The notes below the pieces were generated by a model. That model was not told where the DNA came from. It did no database searches and saw only the letters and a program-made list of their open reading frames with translations. 36,858 nucleotides of DNA, taken from positions 375,000 to 411,857 of the forward strand of contig WELA01002449.1 of NCBI GenBank assembly GCA_009602735.1, read 5' to 3'. Positions 11,093 through 23,316 of the stretch are shown one piece after another. Both the position numbers and the translations under genes were made by a program. The DNA comes from Mesotaenium endlicherianum. Taxonomy: Eukaryota. The stretch's first letter is position 1. Every line of letters starts with the position of its first letter.

Positions 11093-11359
11093 CCTGCACA
11101 TGTAACCAGGGCACAAGTTAGTAGGATATGGACCTTTGTCATAGGGATTGCAGGAAGTATGTTAGTATTTAGTATAGTGGCTTCGCTGCTGTTTACCTTA
11201 CAGGATGATTGCTAAAAGTTGACGTAGTTGCGATGCGCTACACATAAACGTATGAGTGTGTTTTTATCGCTCTCGCTCACTAACTGTCATATATTTTCCC
11301 CTCCAACTTAAATGGAGACAGGACCGCCTGTCACCTTCCCGTGTCAACTGAAATGACAG

Positions 11360-14300
11360 TTATGGAGGGACTCCAGCGGCCCGAAGGTGGAACCGTGTCA
11401 ACGCCCCTTTGGCATTGGTCAAGTGGTCCTTAAACTCCCAAGTGTCCCCAGAGGCATCGTAACCCTTCCATCGAATGAGGTATTTCATGACATATTTAGA
11501 CGATCGACGGACCGAGCGAGCGTCTAAAATCTCATCGACCTCATATTCCTCAGGGTCGCCGTCCCGGACAGCGGGGACCGGTCCCGGTTGGACAGGGAAC
11601 CGACCTGTGAACAGTGTATCACCTTTGATGTACGGTTCCAGGAAGGAGACATTAAAGACCGGGTGCCCCTTGTATTCAGCTGACATGTTCAGTTTGTAAG
11701 CATTCTGACCGACACGACGGACCACCGAATATGGACCGACCCAGACAGGGCCAAGCTTTTTCTTGACCACACCAGGGAGGTACAGGTGCTGAGAATGCAG
11801 TTTGACTAAATCCCCCTTGGAAAATGTCAGTTCCCGACGGTGTTGATTAGCGTATTTTTGTTGGTTTTCTTGGGCCGTGTGCAAGTTTCGTTGGACTTCT
11901 GACAGGGTGTCAGCAAACTCCTGAGTTAACTGGAGGGAGACCGGGTTGTCAATCCCTTCAGGGTGAGTTAAAGATTCCCCTAGCACATCTAGAGGAGACT
12001 TAGGGACTCTACCCAGGCTGAGTTCAAAAGGAGTTTTGCCCGTTGACGCGTGCACCGCACTGTTGACCGCAAACTGAATTTGAGGCAACAGGTCATCCCA
12101 ATTATCTTGTTTTTGGTTAATATATGCTCTCAGCACCTCCTGCAGAACTCGGTTAGTTCTTTCAGTCTGCCCATCAGTCTGAGGGTGGTTTGCTGTGCTG
12201 AGCAGCTGTTTGACTCCCATTAACCCCATTAAAGCTCTCCAGAACTTAGAGGTGAATTTTGAGTCTCTGTCTGAGATGATATTAGAAGGGAGCCCATGTT
12301 GGCATACTACATGGTTGTAAAACTGTCTCGCTGTTTCGAGTGCAGTCACTTTGACAGTTGTGGGGATAAAAATGACCATTTTTGTCAGTTTATCCACGAC
12401 TACCAGTATTGAATCATGCCCGTTGGCAGTTCTTGGTAGTGAGACCACCCAGTCCATGGATATAGTTTCCCAGCGTCCCGCTGGGATGGGTAGCGGTTGC
12501 AAGAGACCTCCGGGTGGTGTGTGCCGAGACTTATTTCTCTGACACTGGTCACAGGACTTGACATATTTCAAGACCTCCCGGGGTAACCCCTCCCAATGAT
12601 AATGTTTTGCCAGTTTGCCAACAGTTTTGGCCTGCCCCAAATGTCCACCCAGGAGACTGTCATGAGCTTGACTCAGTAAGAGAGACCTTATTTCCAAGTT
12701 ATTAGGAATGACCAGCTTCAGCCTGCCTGAAGTGGTTTCAGTCACCCAGACCCCTCCCTTGAGCTTATACCCGAGTGCAGTAGCACGACACACACCAGTA
12801 GTGGGGCTGGGCTCAAATGTTGGGTCAGAAAGGTAGGCTTTCCTAAGTTGTTCAAGGAAGGACTTTTTCACCTTTAGTGAAGTGAGTGCACACAGGACTT
12901 TATCTACAGCATGCTGACTAAAGTTCCTTTCTTGCAAGTCAGGTCTTCTAGAGAGTGCATCAGCAGGATTCAACTTCCCTGGTTTGTAGTCGATCTGGAC
13001 TTGGAACTGCTCCAGCATCTGGCTCCAGCGGTTCTCCCTCCTCGACAGCTTGGACTTCTTCTGAAAGTGGGTCAGAGCTAGATGATCTGTAATCACCTTA
13101 AAAGCTTTACCATGTAAGTATGCTCTCCACTGTTTGAGTACATGAATGATAGCTAGCAGCTCTTTATCATGCACTGAGTAATTAATCTCCGCTGGATTAA
13201 ATTTCATAGACTCATACAACACAGGATGCCACTCCTGCCGTACCTTACCATCCTTTGTGGTTTTGTCAGCAGGCTGCAACAAAATAGCACCCATGGCAAA
13301 ATCAGAGGCATCAGTAACCACCTGCACCGGTTTGCTGGGGTCATACACGGCTAGCACTGGGGCAGAACAAAGGGCATCTTTAAGGGTCTGGAAGGCAGCC
13401 TGCTGCTCTTCCCCCCACACATACCCGATGTCTTTCTTAGTAAGGTCAGTCAGTTTACTGGCCTTTGTGGAATAATTCTCAATAAATCTCCTATAGTAGT
13501 TAGCCAACCCGAGGAAGGATCTAACTTCAGAGACAGACTGTGGTACTGGCCAGTCCCTTATGGTCTGGACTTTCTTAGGATCCACACTGATGCCCTCTTT
13601 ACTGACAACGTGGCCTAAGAATTCAATACTTTCCTTAAAGAAATCACACTTGCTCATTTTAGCATACAAGTGATTTTTCCGCAGAGTGTCCAGCACTTTC
13701 TTTAAGTGTTCAGTGTGCTGAGCTTCATCTTTAGAGAAAATTAAAATATCATCCAGGAAAACTTGCACAAACTTATCCAAATAAGGTCTGAAAATGTCAT
13801 TCATAGCACCCATAAAGGTAGCAGGAGCATTAGTCAGTCCAAATGGCATCACGTTGAACTCATAGTGTCCATAACGTGTGCGGAAAGCAGTCTTGTGTTC
13901 ATCCCCCTCAGCAATTCTGATTTGATGATAACCACTCTTGAGATCTATCTTACTGAACACCTTAGCGCCAGACAGGGTATCAAGCAAGTCCTCGATCCTG
14001 GGTAAAGCATACTTGTTCTTTACTGTAATTCTGTTCAGGGCTCTGTAATCCACACACATCCGCATACTGCCATCCTTTTTCTTAACAAATAGGATAGGTG
14101 CGCCGTACGGTGATTTACTGGGAGAAATGTAACCATTTTCCTCCAGCTCTGCAATCTGTGTTTTCAACTCCTCGCTCTCCAAATAAGACAAGCCATACGT
14201 GCGTTGCCAGGGTGGCTGGCTACCAGGTAAGAGATCAATCCTATGATCTACTTCCCTTTTAGGGGGTAGTCCTGGAGGCATGTTAAACACATCAGTGCAC

Positions 14301-15169
14301 TCAGCAACAATTTTTGCAGCAGTAGGGTGCTCCGGAGGGCTTACCTTTTTCTCAACCACTTCTTCAGGTTGAGGAGGTACCTCTCTTAGCAGCAGACAGA
14401 ACATTCTGTCTTCCTTCTGGTTCCAGCTTTTGACGAACTCCATTGCATTCAGCAACTTGCATCCTTCTGGAAGCCTCTTCTTTTCCTTCATTTGCCATCC
14501 ACACAGGACAAGAGGAAGAGCACTGGTGGGTGCCAAGTCAGTCTGCCCATCACTGGCTCCTCTCACTTTAACTGTACCTCTGCTCCAACACACTTCAGCT
14601 TGATGTCTATTAAGCCAGGACCTGCCTAGCACGAGATCATAAAAGCCAGTGTTGAGTACCTCAAATGTAAGCGTTTCAGTTAGAACTGCAATGCCAGAAC
14701 CTAACTGGACCTCAATAGGCTTGGTTATAACTCCTCCCGGGATACTTGAGGCATCTCCAAGGAATATTTTTCTATTCCCTTGGGTGACAGTAGGCAGCCT
14801 TAGCCGCTTAACTAAGTCCTTGTGAATAAAAGTATGTGACGCCCCTCCGTCAACAAATGCCCTCACCTTCCTACCTGCAATCATGCAATGCAGTAGGATA
14901 GGGGGGACTGTCTTTTCCTGACTTTCGCATTGTTCTCCTGACGTAGCAAAGAAATGTTGGACATCAGGTGGAACAAGAGCATCCAGAGTGTGCACTCTCT
15001 GGACGTCTATATTACTGATGGTCTCCTTTATCTGTTTGTCAGGCATGCATAGTGAATCCAGTTCAGCAGGACCCATAATACCTGCTACGAGGGCAGCTAG
15101 TGACGACTCACTATCTCTAGCATCCTCACAGTCAGTAGACTGGATTACTGACTGTTGCTGTCTTTTAAA
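11360..15169 (-). CDS. pol: B1 Pol (protease, RT, RNase H, integrase, chromodomain), probably expressed by -1 frameshift from gag
   Basis: [81 protein letters not shown]. The frame is open from 15190; first ATG is at 15076. Confidence 0.97.
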   Translation of the reverse strand, partial: FKRQQQSVIQSTDCEDARDSESSLAALVAGIMGPAELDSLCMPDKQIKETISNIDVQRVHTLDALVPPDVQHFFATSGEQCESQEKTVPPILLHCMIAGRKVRAFVDGGASHTFIHKDLVKRLRLPTVTQGNRKIFLGDASSIPGGVITKPIEVQLGSGIAVLTETLTFEVLNTGFYDLVLGRSWLNRHQAEVCWSRGTVKVRGASDGQTDLAPTSALPLVLCGWQMKEKKRLPEGCKLLNAMEFVKSWNQKEDRMFCLLLREVPPQPEEVVEKKVSPPEHPTAAKIVAECTDVFNMPPGLPPKREVDHRIDLLPGSQPPWQRTYGLSYLESEELKTQIAELEENGYISPSKSPYGAPILFVKKKDGSMRMCVDYRALNRITVKNKYALPRIEDLLDTLSGAKVFSKIDLKSGYHQIRIAEGDEHKTAFRTRYGHYEFNVMPFGLTNAPATFMGAMNDIFRPYLDKFVQVFLDDILIFSKDEAQHTEHLKKVLDTLRKNHLYAKMSKCDFFKESIEFLGHVVSKEGISVDPKKVQTIRDWPVPQSVSEVRSFLGLANYYRRFIENYSTKASKLTDLTKKDIGYVWGEEQQAAFQTLKDALCSAPVLAVYDPSKPVQVVTDASDFAMGAILLQPADKTTKDGKVRQEWHPVLYESMKFNPAEINYSVHDKELLAIIHVLKQWRAYLHGKAFKVITDHLALTHFQKKSKLSRRENRWSQMLEQFQVQIDYKPGKLNPADALSRRPDLQERNFSQHAVDKVLCALTSLKVKKSFLEQLRKAYLSDPTFEPSPTTGVCRATALGYKLKGGVWVTETTSGRLKLVIPNNLEIRSLLLSQAHDSLLGGHLGQAKTVGKLAKHYHWEGLPREVLKYVKSCDQCQRNKSRHTPPGGLLQPLPIPAGRWETISMDWVVSLPRTANGHDSILVVVDKLTKMVIFIPTTVKVTALETARQFYNHVVCQHGLPSNIISDRDSKFTSKFWRALMGLMGVKQLLSTANHPQTDGQTERTNRVLQEVLRAYINQKQDNWDDLLPQIQFAVNSAVHASTGKTPFELSLGRVPKSPLDVLGESLTHPEGIDNPVSLQLTQEFADTLSEVQRNLHTAQENQQKYANQHRRELTFSKGDLVKLHSQHLYLPGVVKKKLGPVWVGPYSVVRRVGQNAYKLNMSAEYKGHPVFNVSFLEPYIKGDTLFTGRFPVQPGPVPAVRDGDPEEYEVDEILDARSVRRSSKYVMKYLIRWKGYDASGDTWEFKDHLTNAKGALTRFHLRAAGVPP
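15128..15169 (-). promoter_or_regulatory. Putative -1 ribosomal frameshift signal
   Basis: Slippery site U UUA AAA (15169-15163), 7-nt spacer, then a perfect 10-bp hairpin ACAGTCAGTA/TACTGACTGT; pol is in the -1 frame. Confidence 0.75.
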
Positions 15170-16623
15170 GGCTGGTCTTTTCTCTCGACCTTAGGCAGGT
15201 GCTTGACCGGACACTGTTCTCTGTAGTGGCCTTTCTGCTGACAATGGTAGCAAGTAGATTTTGCTGAGGCTGGTCTCGGCTTAGTCCTACCACCACCCCT
15301 TCCATAGCCACCTCGAGAGGGACCACCTCTACCTCTAGACTGAATAGCATTGTACTCATACTCATATTCATCACCCTGATTATCCTCAGCCTGGTCTCCT
15401 TCAACTGCATTGTAGGAACCGTGGGGCTTTTTGACAATCTTAGACACCAAAGCGTTACTCTGGCGCTTGTGATTGAACTGCTGCTGATCCCAGGCGTCAG
15501 CATCCTGGATCAAGTCAGCCAGTTTCTCATACTTTTTCTCAGCAAAATGACCAGAGACCTCGGATTTCAAGCCATACCTGAAGTATGCTATCCTATACCG
15601 TTCTGGCAAATCAGGCTGCTTCATCATGTTCTCTTGGAACTTTTGAGCAAACTCAGCAACTGAAGTGGTCTGCTTCAGTGTCAGGGAGATCATCGCATAG
15701 ATAGCTTTCTCCTGCTGGTTGATGACATCAAACTTCTCATGCAACTTCTCGACAAACTCTACCCACGTAGGGTCACCGAGTTGCCGAGCCTTACGCTCTT
15801 CCTTCCAGTAAAGCCACCAGTCTGCGGCACTGCCTTTCAGTAGCGCACCGGTGTGCCTGACCTTCTCGTAATCTTGCAGTTCTGGGTAGTTCTCCAGCCA
15901 CTGCTCAACATCCGCGAGAAACTTGATCAGGTAATATTTTCTGTTTCCCTCAGGATCATAGTCCTGGGGAGGTTTCGGCTTGGGCTTACTAGGCCCTCGG
16001 CCACCACCACTAGTGGTGTGAGACCCCAGTTGGTCTCTGTCCCGGAGTAGGGACATTATGATTCTTTTGTCCTCCTGCTGGGACTGATACATGGTCGCCA
16101 TTTGCGACTGCATCTGAACGAACAATGCTCCCAAGTCTACATTTTGGGGTGGTAGATTAGCAAATGCAGCAGCAGCATTGGCATCTACTCGCTGAGTAGT
16201 GTCCTCAACAATCCCTCTTGCTCCTGCAGCAGCAATTCCTGCCGCATTCAGCCGGTCACGTATTTGACCTAGGGGTACATTGAGTTGTACGGCAGGAGGT
16301 GGGTTCAGAACATTGGCCCTTGATGCCATAAGTTCTTCAACAGTGCGCTCGTCAGCTGGCTGTCCTTCCCTCCTTTGTATATCTTCAGCGGCCTTTGCTA
16401 CTTGTTCAGCTTCTAGTCTGGCTATCTCCTCCTCAGCTTGCTGAGCTGCGACTGAGGCAATAGCAGCTGCCTCATCTGCAGCCTCCCTAGCTGCAGTATC
16501 CGCTACTGCTTCCGAATAGGTACGGTTTCCCGCTACATGGCTTTCCGCCTGGTTTTCGACATTCTCGTTATCCTGGTTCTCCATGTCTCGGGAGTTGCTA
16601 GTTTGAGACCTTGTCCTTACCAT
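15145..16623 (-). CDS. gag: B1 Gag (492 aa)
   Basis: MVRTRS start; [28 protein letters not shown] tract; CCHC knuckle [14 protein letters not shown]. Confidence 0.95.
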   Translation of the reverse strand: MVRTRSQTSNSRDMENQDNENVENQAESHVAGNRTYSEAVADTAAREAADEAAAIASVAAQQAEEEIARLEAEQVAKAAEDIQRREGQPADERTVEELMASRANVLNPPPAVQLNVPLGQIRDRLNAAGIAAAGARGIVEDTTQRVDANAAAAFANLPPQNVDLGALFVQMQSQMATMYQSQQEDKRIIMSLLRDRDQLGSHTTSGGGRGPSKPKPKPPQDYDPEGNRKYYLIKFLADVEQWLENYPELQDYEKVRHTGALLKGSAADWWLYWKEERKARQLGDPTWVEFVEKLHEKFDVINQQEKAIYAMISLTLKQTTSVAEFAQKFQENMMKQPDLPERYRIAYFRYGLKSEVSGHFAEKKYEKLADLIQDADAWDQQQFNHKRQSNALVSKIVKKPHGSYNAVEGDQAEDNQGDEYEYEYNAIQSRGRGGPSRGGYGRGGGRTKPRPASAKSTCYHCQQKGHYREQCPVKHLPKVERKDQPLKDSNSQ

Positions 16624-16644
16624 ACAAAGAAGACTGTGATAACT

Positions 16645-16656
16645 GCTCCGATACCA
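16645..16656 (-). promoter_or_regulatory. Primer binding site of B1 (tRNA-Met type)
   Basis: TGGTATCGGAGC, one G.U wobble relative to the canonical TGGTATCAGAGC, 1 nt from the 5' LTR. Confidence 0.9.
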
Positions 16657-16657
16657 C

Positions 16658-17403
16658 TGAAATGAATCGACTTACCAAATAGGCGATTAACAATTAATAA
16701 AGATCTTTATATCAGCAAGTAATCTTTATGGTATTTTCCGTTAACTGGTTAAACGGCAAAGGACAACACACTAGCAGTGAATAATACTCGTAAGTCAAAT
16801 GCGAGTAAACTAGCATCAATAATGCAAATCAGTAAACTCATACATAAGCAAGGTTAGAAGACAGTGCGTATCAATGGCTTCTCGCCTTGGATTCAGATCT
16901 CTCTCAGTAAGCTGTACAAGAGAGTTGGCCTCGTTTCCGAATGCCGAACTCGAGAGCAATGCCTAGCATATGTACATGGAATGAGTTTACTGTTCAACGG
17001 TCAGTGCGATGGCACCGCCTACCCGGGAGTTAACCACGTTGGTAGGACCTCGGTTAACCAAATCCACCGCCATCTCCCATCATCCCGAATAGCCATCCAT
17101 CATGGGGATGTCATCTGGCCATTCAACTAGCAGGTGGTACTTAGATGCATATCAAGGCAGTTCGCTGCTACCGAGCACGGAAGTCAGCTGGCTGTCAAAG
17201 AATGTGTCAGCAAGCTGACTTAAGTTGACTTCAGCCTGCTGCTTTTGGCCGAGTCATTAAACTGATAATTATGTAAAGTCCAGCAGACTGATTACTAACT
17301 AAAGTTGAGCAGACTGACTACTAACTAAAGTCCAGCAGGCTGAACTAAATTAACTATTATATTTAACTGAATATTATATCTACTAATATACTGATTCATT
17401 ACA
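16658..17403 (-). repeat. Element B1 5' LTR (746 bp)
   Basis: Homologous to 8584-9302, with one extra 26-bp unit. Confidence 0.95.
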
Positions 17404-17765
17404 GTGTGCTAGCTTGTCCAACTAGGCAAGGTCACCTACATGGAAGGAGCCATAGGAGAAGGTTCTGGAGGTACTTTGCTAGAGAGGACACTTAGAGTTA
17501 AAGGATCAATGGGAAGCACAAGGAAGTAGAGGGAGTTTATTCTAGTCTAACCTTCGTATCTTGTACACAACTTTTCTTGATAAAGTGAGTTCTTTTCCAC
17601 TCCTTGCTCATGTAGCTCTCTCTCTCTTGCAAGGGTGGCACACCACCAGGCCACTCCACCTTGTGTATGCAACTAGTAAAGGTCCTCGTGCACGCTTCCA
17701 CTCGCGGGTGAGGGTGCGTGAGTGTGTGTGGGCGCACTCTCCGCACCCTCTCCCCTTTCATCGGC

Positions 17766-18411
17766 GTTCAGGGCAAGATATGAACATTTTGAGTTTATGG
17801 TCCTGCCATTTGGACTCACAAACGCGCCAGCAAATTTCATGACTATGATGAACACCATAATTCAGCCCATGTTGGACATATTTGTGGTGGTATTCATCGA
17901 CGACATCCTTATCTACAATAAGACCCTTGAAGAGCATGCAAGACACTTGAAAGAAGTCCTTGACGTATTGAAGCAAAACAAGCTATTTGCAAAGGAGTCA
18001 AAGTGCGAGTTTGCTGAACAAGAAGTGGAGTTCCTAAGTCTCCACGTGACTGCTGATGGCATCAGGATGGACCCCAAGAAGAACACAGTGGTGGAGGAAT
18101 GGCCAACCCCCACTACCAAGAAAGAACTCCAATCATTCTTGGGATTTGCCAATTGGTACAGGAAATTCATCCAGAGCTTCTCGCACATAGCAGCCCCCCT
18201 CACGGATTTACTCAAGAAGGACAGGCCATATGGTTGGACCTAGAAAGAGGAGGAAGCATTCCAACAAATGAAGCAAAGATTGACGACATCCCCGGTGCTC
18301 ACACTCCCAAGTCCAAACCCAGATTGGCCCTTCCACGTCATCACCGATGCATCTTCCTATGCAATAGGAGCGATCCTGCTTCAAGACCAAGGCAAGGGAT
18401 TGCAACCCATT
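17766..18411 (+). pseudogene. pol: Element A pol, part 2 (RT core and start of RNase H)
   Basis: [47 protein letters not shown]; in-frame stop present. Confidence 0.92.
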
Positions 18412-19130
18412 TGAAATGAATCGACTTCCCACTAGGCGATTAACAATTTATCAAAATCATTATATCAACAAGTAATCTTTATGGTATTTTATGTTTAATA
18501 ATTGAAACAGCAAAGGACATCATACTAGCGACATGTAATTTTCACAAGTCAAATGCAAGTAAACGAGCATCAATCATGCTATCAGTAAACTCATACATAA
18601 GCAAGGTTAGAAGACAGTTGGCATCAATGGCTTCTCGCTTTGGATTCAGATCCTTCTCAGTAAGCTGTACAAGAGAGTTGGCCTCGTTTCCGAATGCCGA
18701 ACTTGAGTGCAGTACCTAGCATATGTACATGGAATGAGTTTACTGTTCAACGGCAAGTGCGATGGCACCGCCTACCCGGGAGTTAACCACGTTGGTAGGA
18801 CCTCGGTTAACCAAATCCACTGCCATCTCCCATCATCCCGAATCGCCATCCATCCTAAGGATGTCATCTTGCCATTCATCTAGCACACCACACTTAGATG
18901 CATCTCTAGGCAGTTCGCTGCTACTGAGTACGGAAGTCAACTGGCTGTCAAAGAATGTCTCAGCAAGCTGACCGAAGTTGACTTTAGCCTGCTGCTCTTA
19001 GCTGAGTCATTAAACTGATAATACATAAGGTCCAGCAGATTGAATGTTAACTAAAGTTCAGCAAACTAAACTTTAATTTACTATTATTATTAAATGAATA
19101 TTATATCTACCAATATACTGATTCATTATA
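18412..19130 (-). mobile_element. Solo LTR of family B (older, more diverged)
   Basis: Full-length homology to the B1 LTRs; TSD CCATT (18407-18411, 19131-19135); the RNase H frame LQPI|VYESRKL rejoins on removal. Confidence 0.93.
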
Positions 19131-19207
19131 CCATTGTCTACGAGTCAAGGAAGCTAAATCCAGTCGAGCAAGGATTATATAACCACGGAGCGAGAGGCGT
19201 TGGCGAT

Positions 19208-19933
19208 TGAAAGGGGAGAGGGTGCGGGGAGTGCGCCCATACATAACCACGCACCCTCACCCGTGAGTGGAAGCGTGCACGAGGACCTTTCCTAGTTGCA
19301 TACACAAGGTGGAGTGGCTTGGTGATATGCCACCCTTGCAAGAGTTAGAGGGCTACATGAGAGAGGAGTGGAAAAGAACTTACTTCATTTAGAAAGTTCG
19401 TGTACAAGATAAGAAGGTCAGACTAGACTAGACTAGACAAGACTAGACTCCCTCTACTTCTTTGTGCTTCCCATTTATGCTTTTAACTCTAAGTGTCCTC
19501 TCTAGCAAAGTACCTCCAGAACCTTCTCCTATGGCTCCTTCCATGTAGGTGACCTTGCCTAGTTGGACAAGCTAGCACACTCACACGTACACAATCACAC
19601 TCTAGATTATTCTACTACACAATCCACAAACTCCTCACGGAGTTTCTAGAAATTCTACAATCTCTTTGGCACTCTACGTAATCGTACGTAGTTTCTGGAA
19701 TCCTCATGATTCAATGTCCTACTTCCTGGACTCCAACCGAAATTTTTGTCACTGGACCTGTCCTTGTCACTAAATTGAATCTGTGACATCAAAAACTCAC
19801 TAAAAACTTCCAAAACTCATAACTTTTTTAATACTTGTCCAAATGACTTGAAATAAAGGCCAAAGTTTTTCTAATCACACTTTATGCATATATAATGCTA
19901 GAAGAATACAAACTACCCTTTTATAACCTTACA
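19208..19933 (-). mobile_element. Solo LTR C2 (inverted relative to C1)
   Basis: Reverse-complement homologue of 8224-8583 plus 17409-17760; TSD GCGAT/GCAAT; the frame EREALAI|IHALKVWR rejoins on removal. Confidence 0.92.
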
Positions 19934-19938
19934 GCAAT

Positions 19939-21534
19939 TATACATGCCTTGAAGGTTTGGCGCTGCTACGTTGAAGGACGCAAGGTGCTGGTCACTATGG
20001 ACCAGGAGAAATTCAAGCACCTCTAGACGCAGCCGTATCTCTCAAGGAGACAAGCAAGATGGAGTGGATACTTATAACAGTACAACATTAAGATTCAATA
20101 CCAGTCCGGCAAGACAAACCCACTTGAGCCCTCTTAAGACTGCAATAAAACGCAGTGATGACATCCCTGAAGACAAATCTAGAAACTCAATTTTCAGCCG
20201 CATATGATAGAGACCCTTACTACAAGAACGGGGAAGCAGCCTTGGACCCATACAAAAGCAAGAAGGCAATTGTTGGGTGAGGCAAGACACGGGCCTGAAA
20301 TGTGTTCCTAATGACTTAGTTCTTCGGCTCTTGCTTCTACGAGAAGCACACGACAACTCTCTTGGAGGACACTTCGGGATCCTCAAGACCACGGGCGTTT
20401 TAGCCAGATCTTATTGCTGGCCAAGCATGTTCAAACACGTCAAGGAGTACTGCAGGAGCTGTGACACATGCCAAAGAGTCAAGCCATCATCACAAAAGGC
20501 GCCAACCACTACCAATCCTTGAGAGGCAATGGACGGGCATCTCAATGGACTTTATCGTGGATCTGCCCGTGACACCTTGAGGCCATAATGCAATACTGAC
20601 GGTGGTGGACAGGCTTACCAAGATGGCCCATTTCATTCCCACAACGACGAAGGTTACAGCACCCCAGTTAGCAAGACTCACCTTTGACAACATCTTTCAA
20701 CACCATGGACTACCATCAAGAATTGTGTCGGATAGAGATCCAAGATTCACAAGCCATTTTTGGAAAAATCTCTTCAAGAACTTGGGTACATCGTTGGATA
20801 TGTCCACTGCCTACCACCCGCAGTTAAACGGACAAACAGAGCGTATGAATTGTACCCTAAAGACCTCTCTAAAGGTCTACGTCTCTGGAGCAAGACTGGG
20901 AAATGTACTCTACCCCCTTGGAGTTTGCCTACAACAACACGACGCAGGCGTCTACCCAAGAGTCCCCATTCTTCCTCAATTATGGCTTCCATCCGACCAC
21001 GCCACTGAGTTTCAAGGTTGGCCATGATGAAGTACCTGCAGCCACAGATTTTTTGGTGACATTAGAAGCAGCCCTTACAACAGCGAGGAAAGCTCTACAA
21101 CACGCGCAAGATGCTCAAGCAAGAGTGGCAAACAAGTCAGGAAGAGAAATTACATACAGAGTGGGTGACAACGTGTTACTATCATCCAGTAATATTTCCC
21201 TGAACAACAGGCCTGCCGGCAGCAAGTTCTTTCTGAAGTATTTGGGACTTTTCAAGATTATCCAACAAGTCAACCCCGTTGCTTTCAAGCTAGAAGTCCC
21301 CAGACTATGCATTTCGACCCCGTATTCCACGCTTCCCTCTTCAAGCCATATGTGCAACCGGACAACAAATTCCCAGGACGGGTGACAACCCCACCAGCCC
21401 CAAAATTAGTGGATGATCATTTGGAGTATGAAGTAAAAGACATATTGGCTATGAGAAATTTCAGGAGACAGCAGCAATACTTGATCAAATGGAAAGGAAA
21501 TCCAGATTATGAGAATTGTTAGGTGGCGATGCAC
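19939..21534 (+). pseudogene. pol: Element A pol, part 3 (RNase H end, integrase, chromodomain)
   Basis: HDNSLGGH..CDTC; ISMDF; VDRLTKMAHF; SDRDPRF; NGQTER; YEVKDIL..YLIKWKG; multiple stops and frameshifts. Confidence 0.92.
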
Positions 21535-22523
21535 TGTAACGTTTTTGCTTTCCACGAGGATCTTTGCTCGGTATTCAAGGATAATTTAATATTAGCAGAA
21601 AGAAATAATGATAACTTCGAGAAAATGCACAATCCTTGTGAAAGCGAAAATGAAAACTGATAGAATTTGTGCTTGTGAGAGTTGCACTCACAATGACTCT
21701 TTCAAGTATATATACTTGCACAACGTGCGGCATTGGAGTGCTTCGAGTCACCACCTAGGGCACTCGTTCATGTTCAACGAAAAACGGTTGAATTGGACAT
21801 AACCGATTCGGCCGAATGCTCCTAGCGCGACGTTTGGCCTTTAGGAGACTTTTCGACGGTTTCCGAAAAACCGTTATACGCCAAACGGGCGTTTTCGCGT
21901 TCGCGCGACTTTCTGAAAAGTCGCGGTTGCTCGCGCGGTTGCGTACATATTCATTTGACATAAATCGGTAGTTATAATAACTACTTTGTCCAATCGATTA
22001 GGTGTGAATGTTTTAAACGAAAGGTCGCGGGTTTGAATCCGCCGAAATGCATAGTAACATTGCATATTATATTTCGTTTGACTTTACGACTATTTTCGAA
22101 ATCGCGACGCGACGACCGGGAGGTCGCGTGTTCGATTCCGACCGGTGGCTCTCTTGGGCCACAACTTGGTGTTTTCTTTCGGGTTAGCGATGCGTCGTTA
22201 ATCGAAAACAATGACTGTTAATATCCGAAATAGTGACAATCAAAATAAATTAATCAATTCATAATTGATTAAGTTATTCCGCCATAATTAATCAAACTAC
22301 TTTATGATTAATTACGTTATACTTTTCCGAAGTAATCGAATTACTTTACGATTTTTTTTGCAATAGTATTCGGGTCGTTTTGCCAATCGACCGGGAATTA
22401 CTCGGCACACGTGTGTGTCAAAATGATTCAATAGACATGCAATCCTGTACAAAATAAAAGTATAACGTCTTTTAGGTAATTAGAAAACGTTCTAAATACG
22501 CCTAAAAAGCTCAGATCGTTACA
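21535..22523. mobile_element. Insertion D: 989-bp solo-LTR-like element inside the chromodomain of A
   Basis: Perfect 7-bp inverted termini TGTAACG...CGTTACA; TSD TGCAC (21530-21534, 22524-22528); no coding capacity; CpG-rich. Confidence 0.85.
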
Positions 22524-23316
22524 TGCACTGCCTTGACAAAGTTTAGAGGAAGCTGAAACGCTTCCATGCCGCCATTCCACATCTTGGACCAGCCCCAAAT
22601 CTCTCTCCTAAAAGCCTTAAGACTTCAGGGAGGCAGCCTGCCATCATCAAGAAGCAGCGGAAGACCCTTGATGGCAGCCTGCAAGAACCAAAAAGAGGAA
22701 AAATTGACATTAGACACTCTTTTCTTCTCGCAGTTTCGGGACAGAAGACTAAAATTGCTACCGCTGATAGGTCCTTGCATATTAAATCCTGAATACCTAG
22801 CTGTAGTCCATAGATAGATGATTCTTTAGAGTTTAAGTTTCTTCAATGTGGAGCTGCGATTAGAGAGATAAAAATCTCTGAACACAGGAGGGTCAGGCTG
22901 CTCGCATTATTAGGGCAGAATATACCTTTTGACATTGTGCCTTTCCTGAACTTGGAATGCTCTGAAACTCAAGACTACGGTAGAAGACCTTATTGCGCCC
23001 ATTTAGAGACTAAGTTTGTAAAATTTGGAGAAGAATAGAATGACTCATTATTTTCAGAAGTTCCTGCACAAATTTGGAGGAGTGTCTACTCTCTCTGCTC
23101 TCGACAACACTCCAAAAAATTGGAATGCTCTCAAATTTGGTTACCTGGTAGATTTATCCGACGCGCTCCGTTTGGCACTAGAATATTTTGATTTGGAGCA
23201 GTTCTGTGGATGCCATGAATTGTTGAATACGCGGGAGATTCTCGGCCAACTTGTATTACTTTCTTGATCATTAAGGCGTAGGCTAGCCAATAAGGTCACA
23301 CCACCCACGACCTTGC

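Larger units (their letters stand above)
8584..17403 (-). mobile_element. Element B1: intact Ty3/gypsy chromovirus with gag, pol and an extra 3' ORF
   Basis: LTRs at 8584-9302 and 16658-17403; TSD GTGTG (8579-8583, 17404-17408); PBS, PPT and three uninterrupted ORFs. Confidence 0.97.
8224..17760 (+). mobile_element. Solo LTR C1 (~710 bp; pieces 8224-8583 and 17409-17760), split by element B1
   Basis: TGTAAGG...CCCTTTCA termini; TSD TTGGC/TCGGC; the RT frame of A (IEKLA|FRARYEHFEF) rejoins on removal; inverted homologue at 19208-19933. Sense orientation is assumed. Confidence 0.88.

Noticed and set aside
10772..11215. Hydrophobic 147-aa antisense ORF that could be mistaken for a membrane or Env protein
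   Set aside because: It is the mirror of the purine-rich coiled-coil codons of ORF3 and has a GTG start.
14820..14865. Protease motif DGG instead of D(S/T)G in B1
   Set aside because: DGG variants are known in gypsy/chromovirus proteases, so this is not evidence of inactivity or novelty.
21981..22050. Possible tRNA gene
   Set aside because: The acceptor and anticodon stems do not pair, so it is reported only as a tRNA-like motif.
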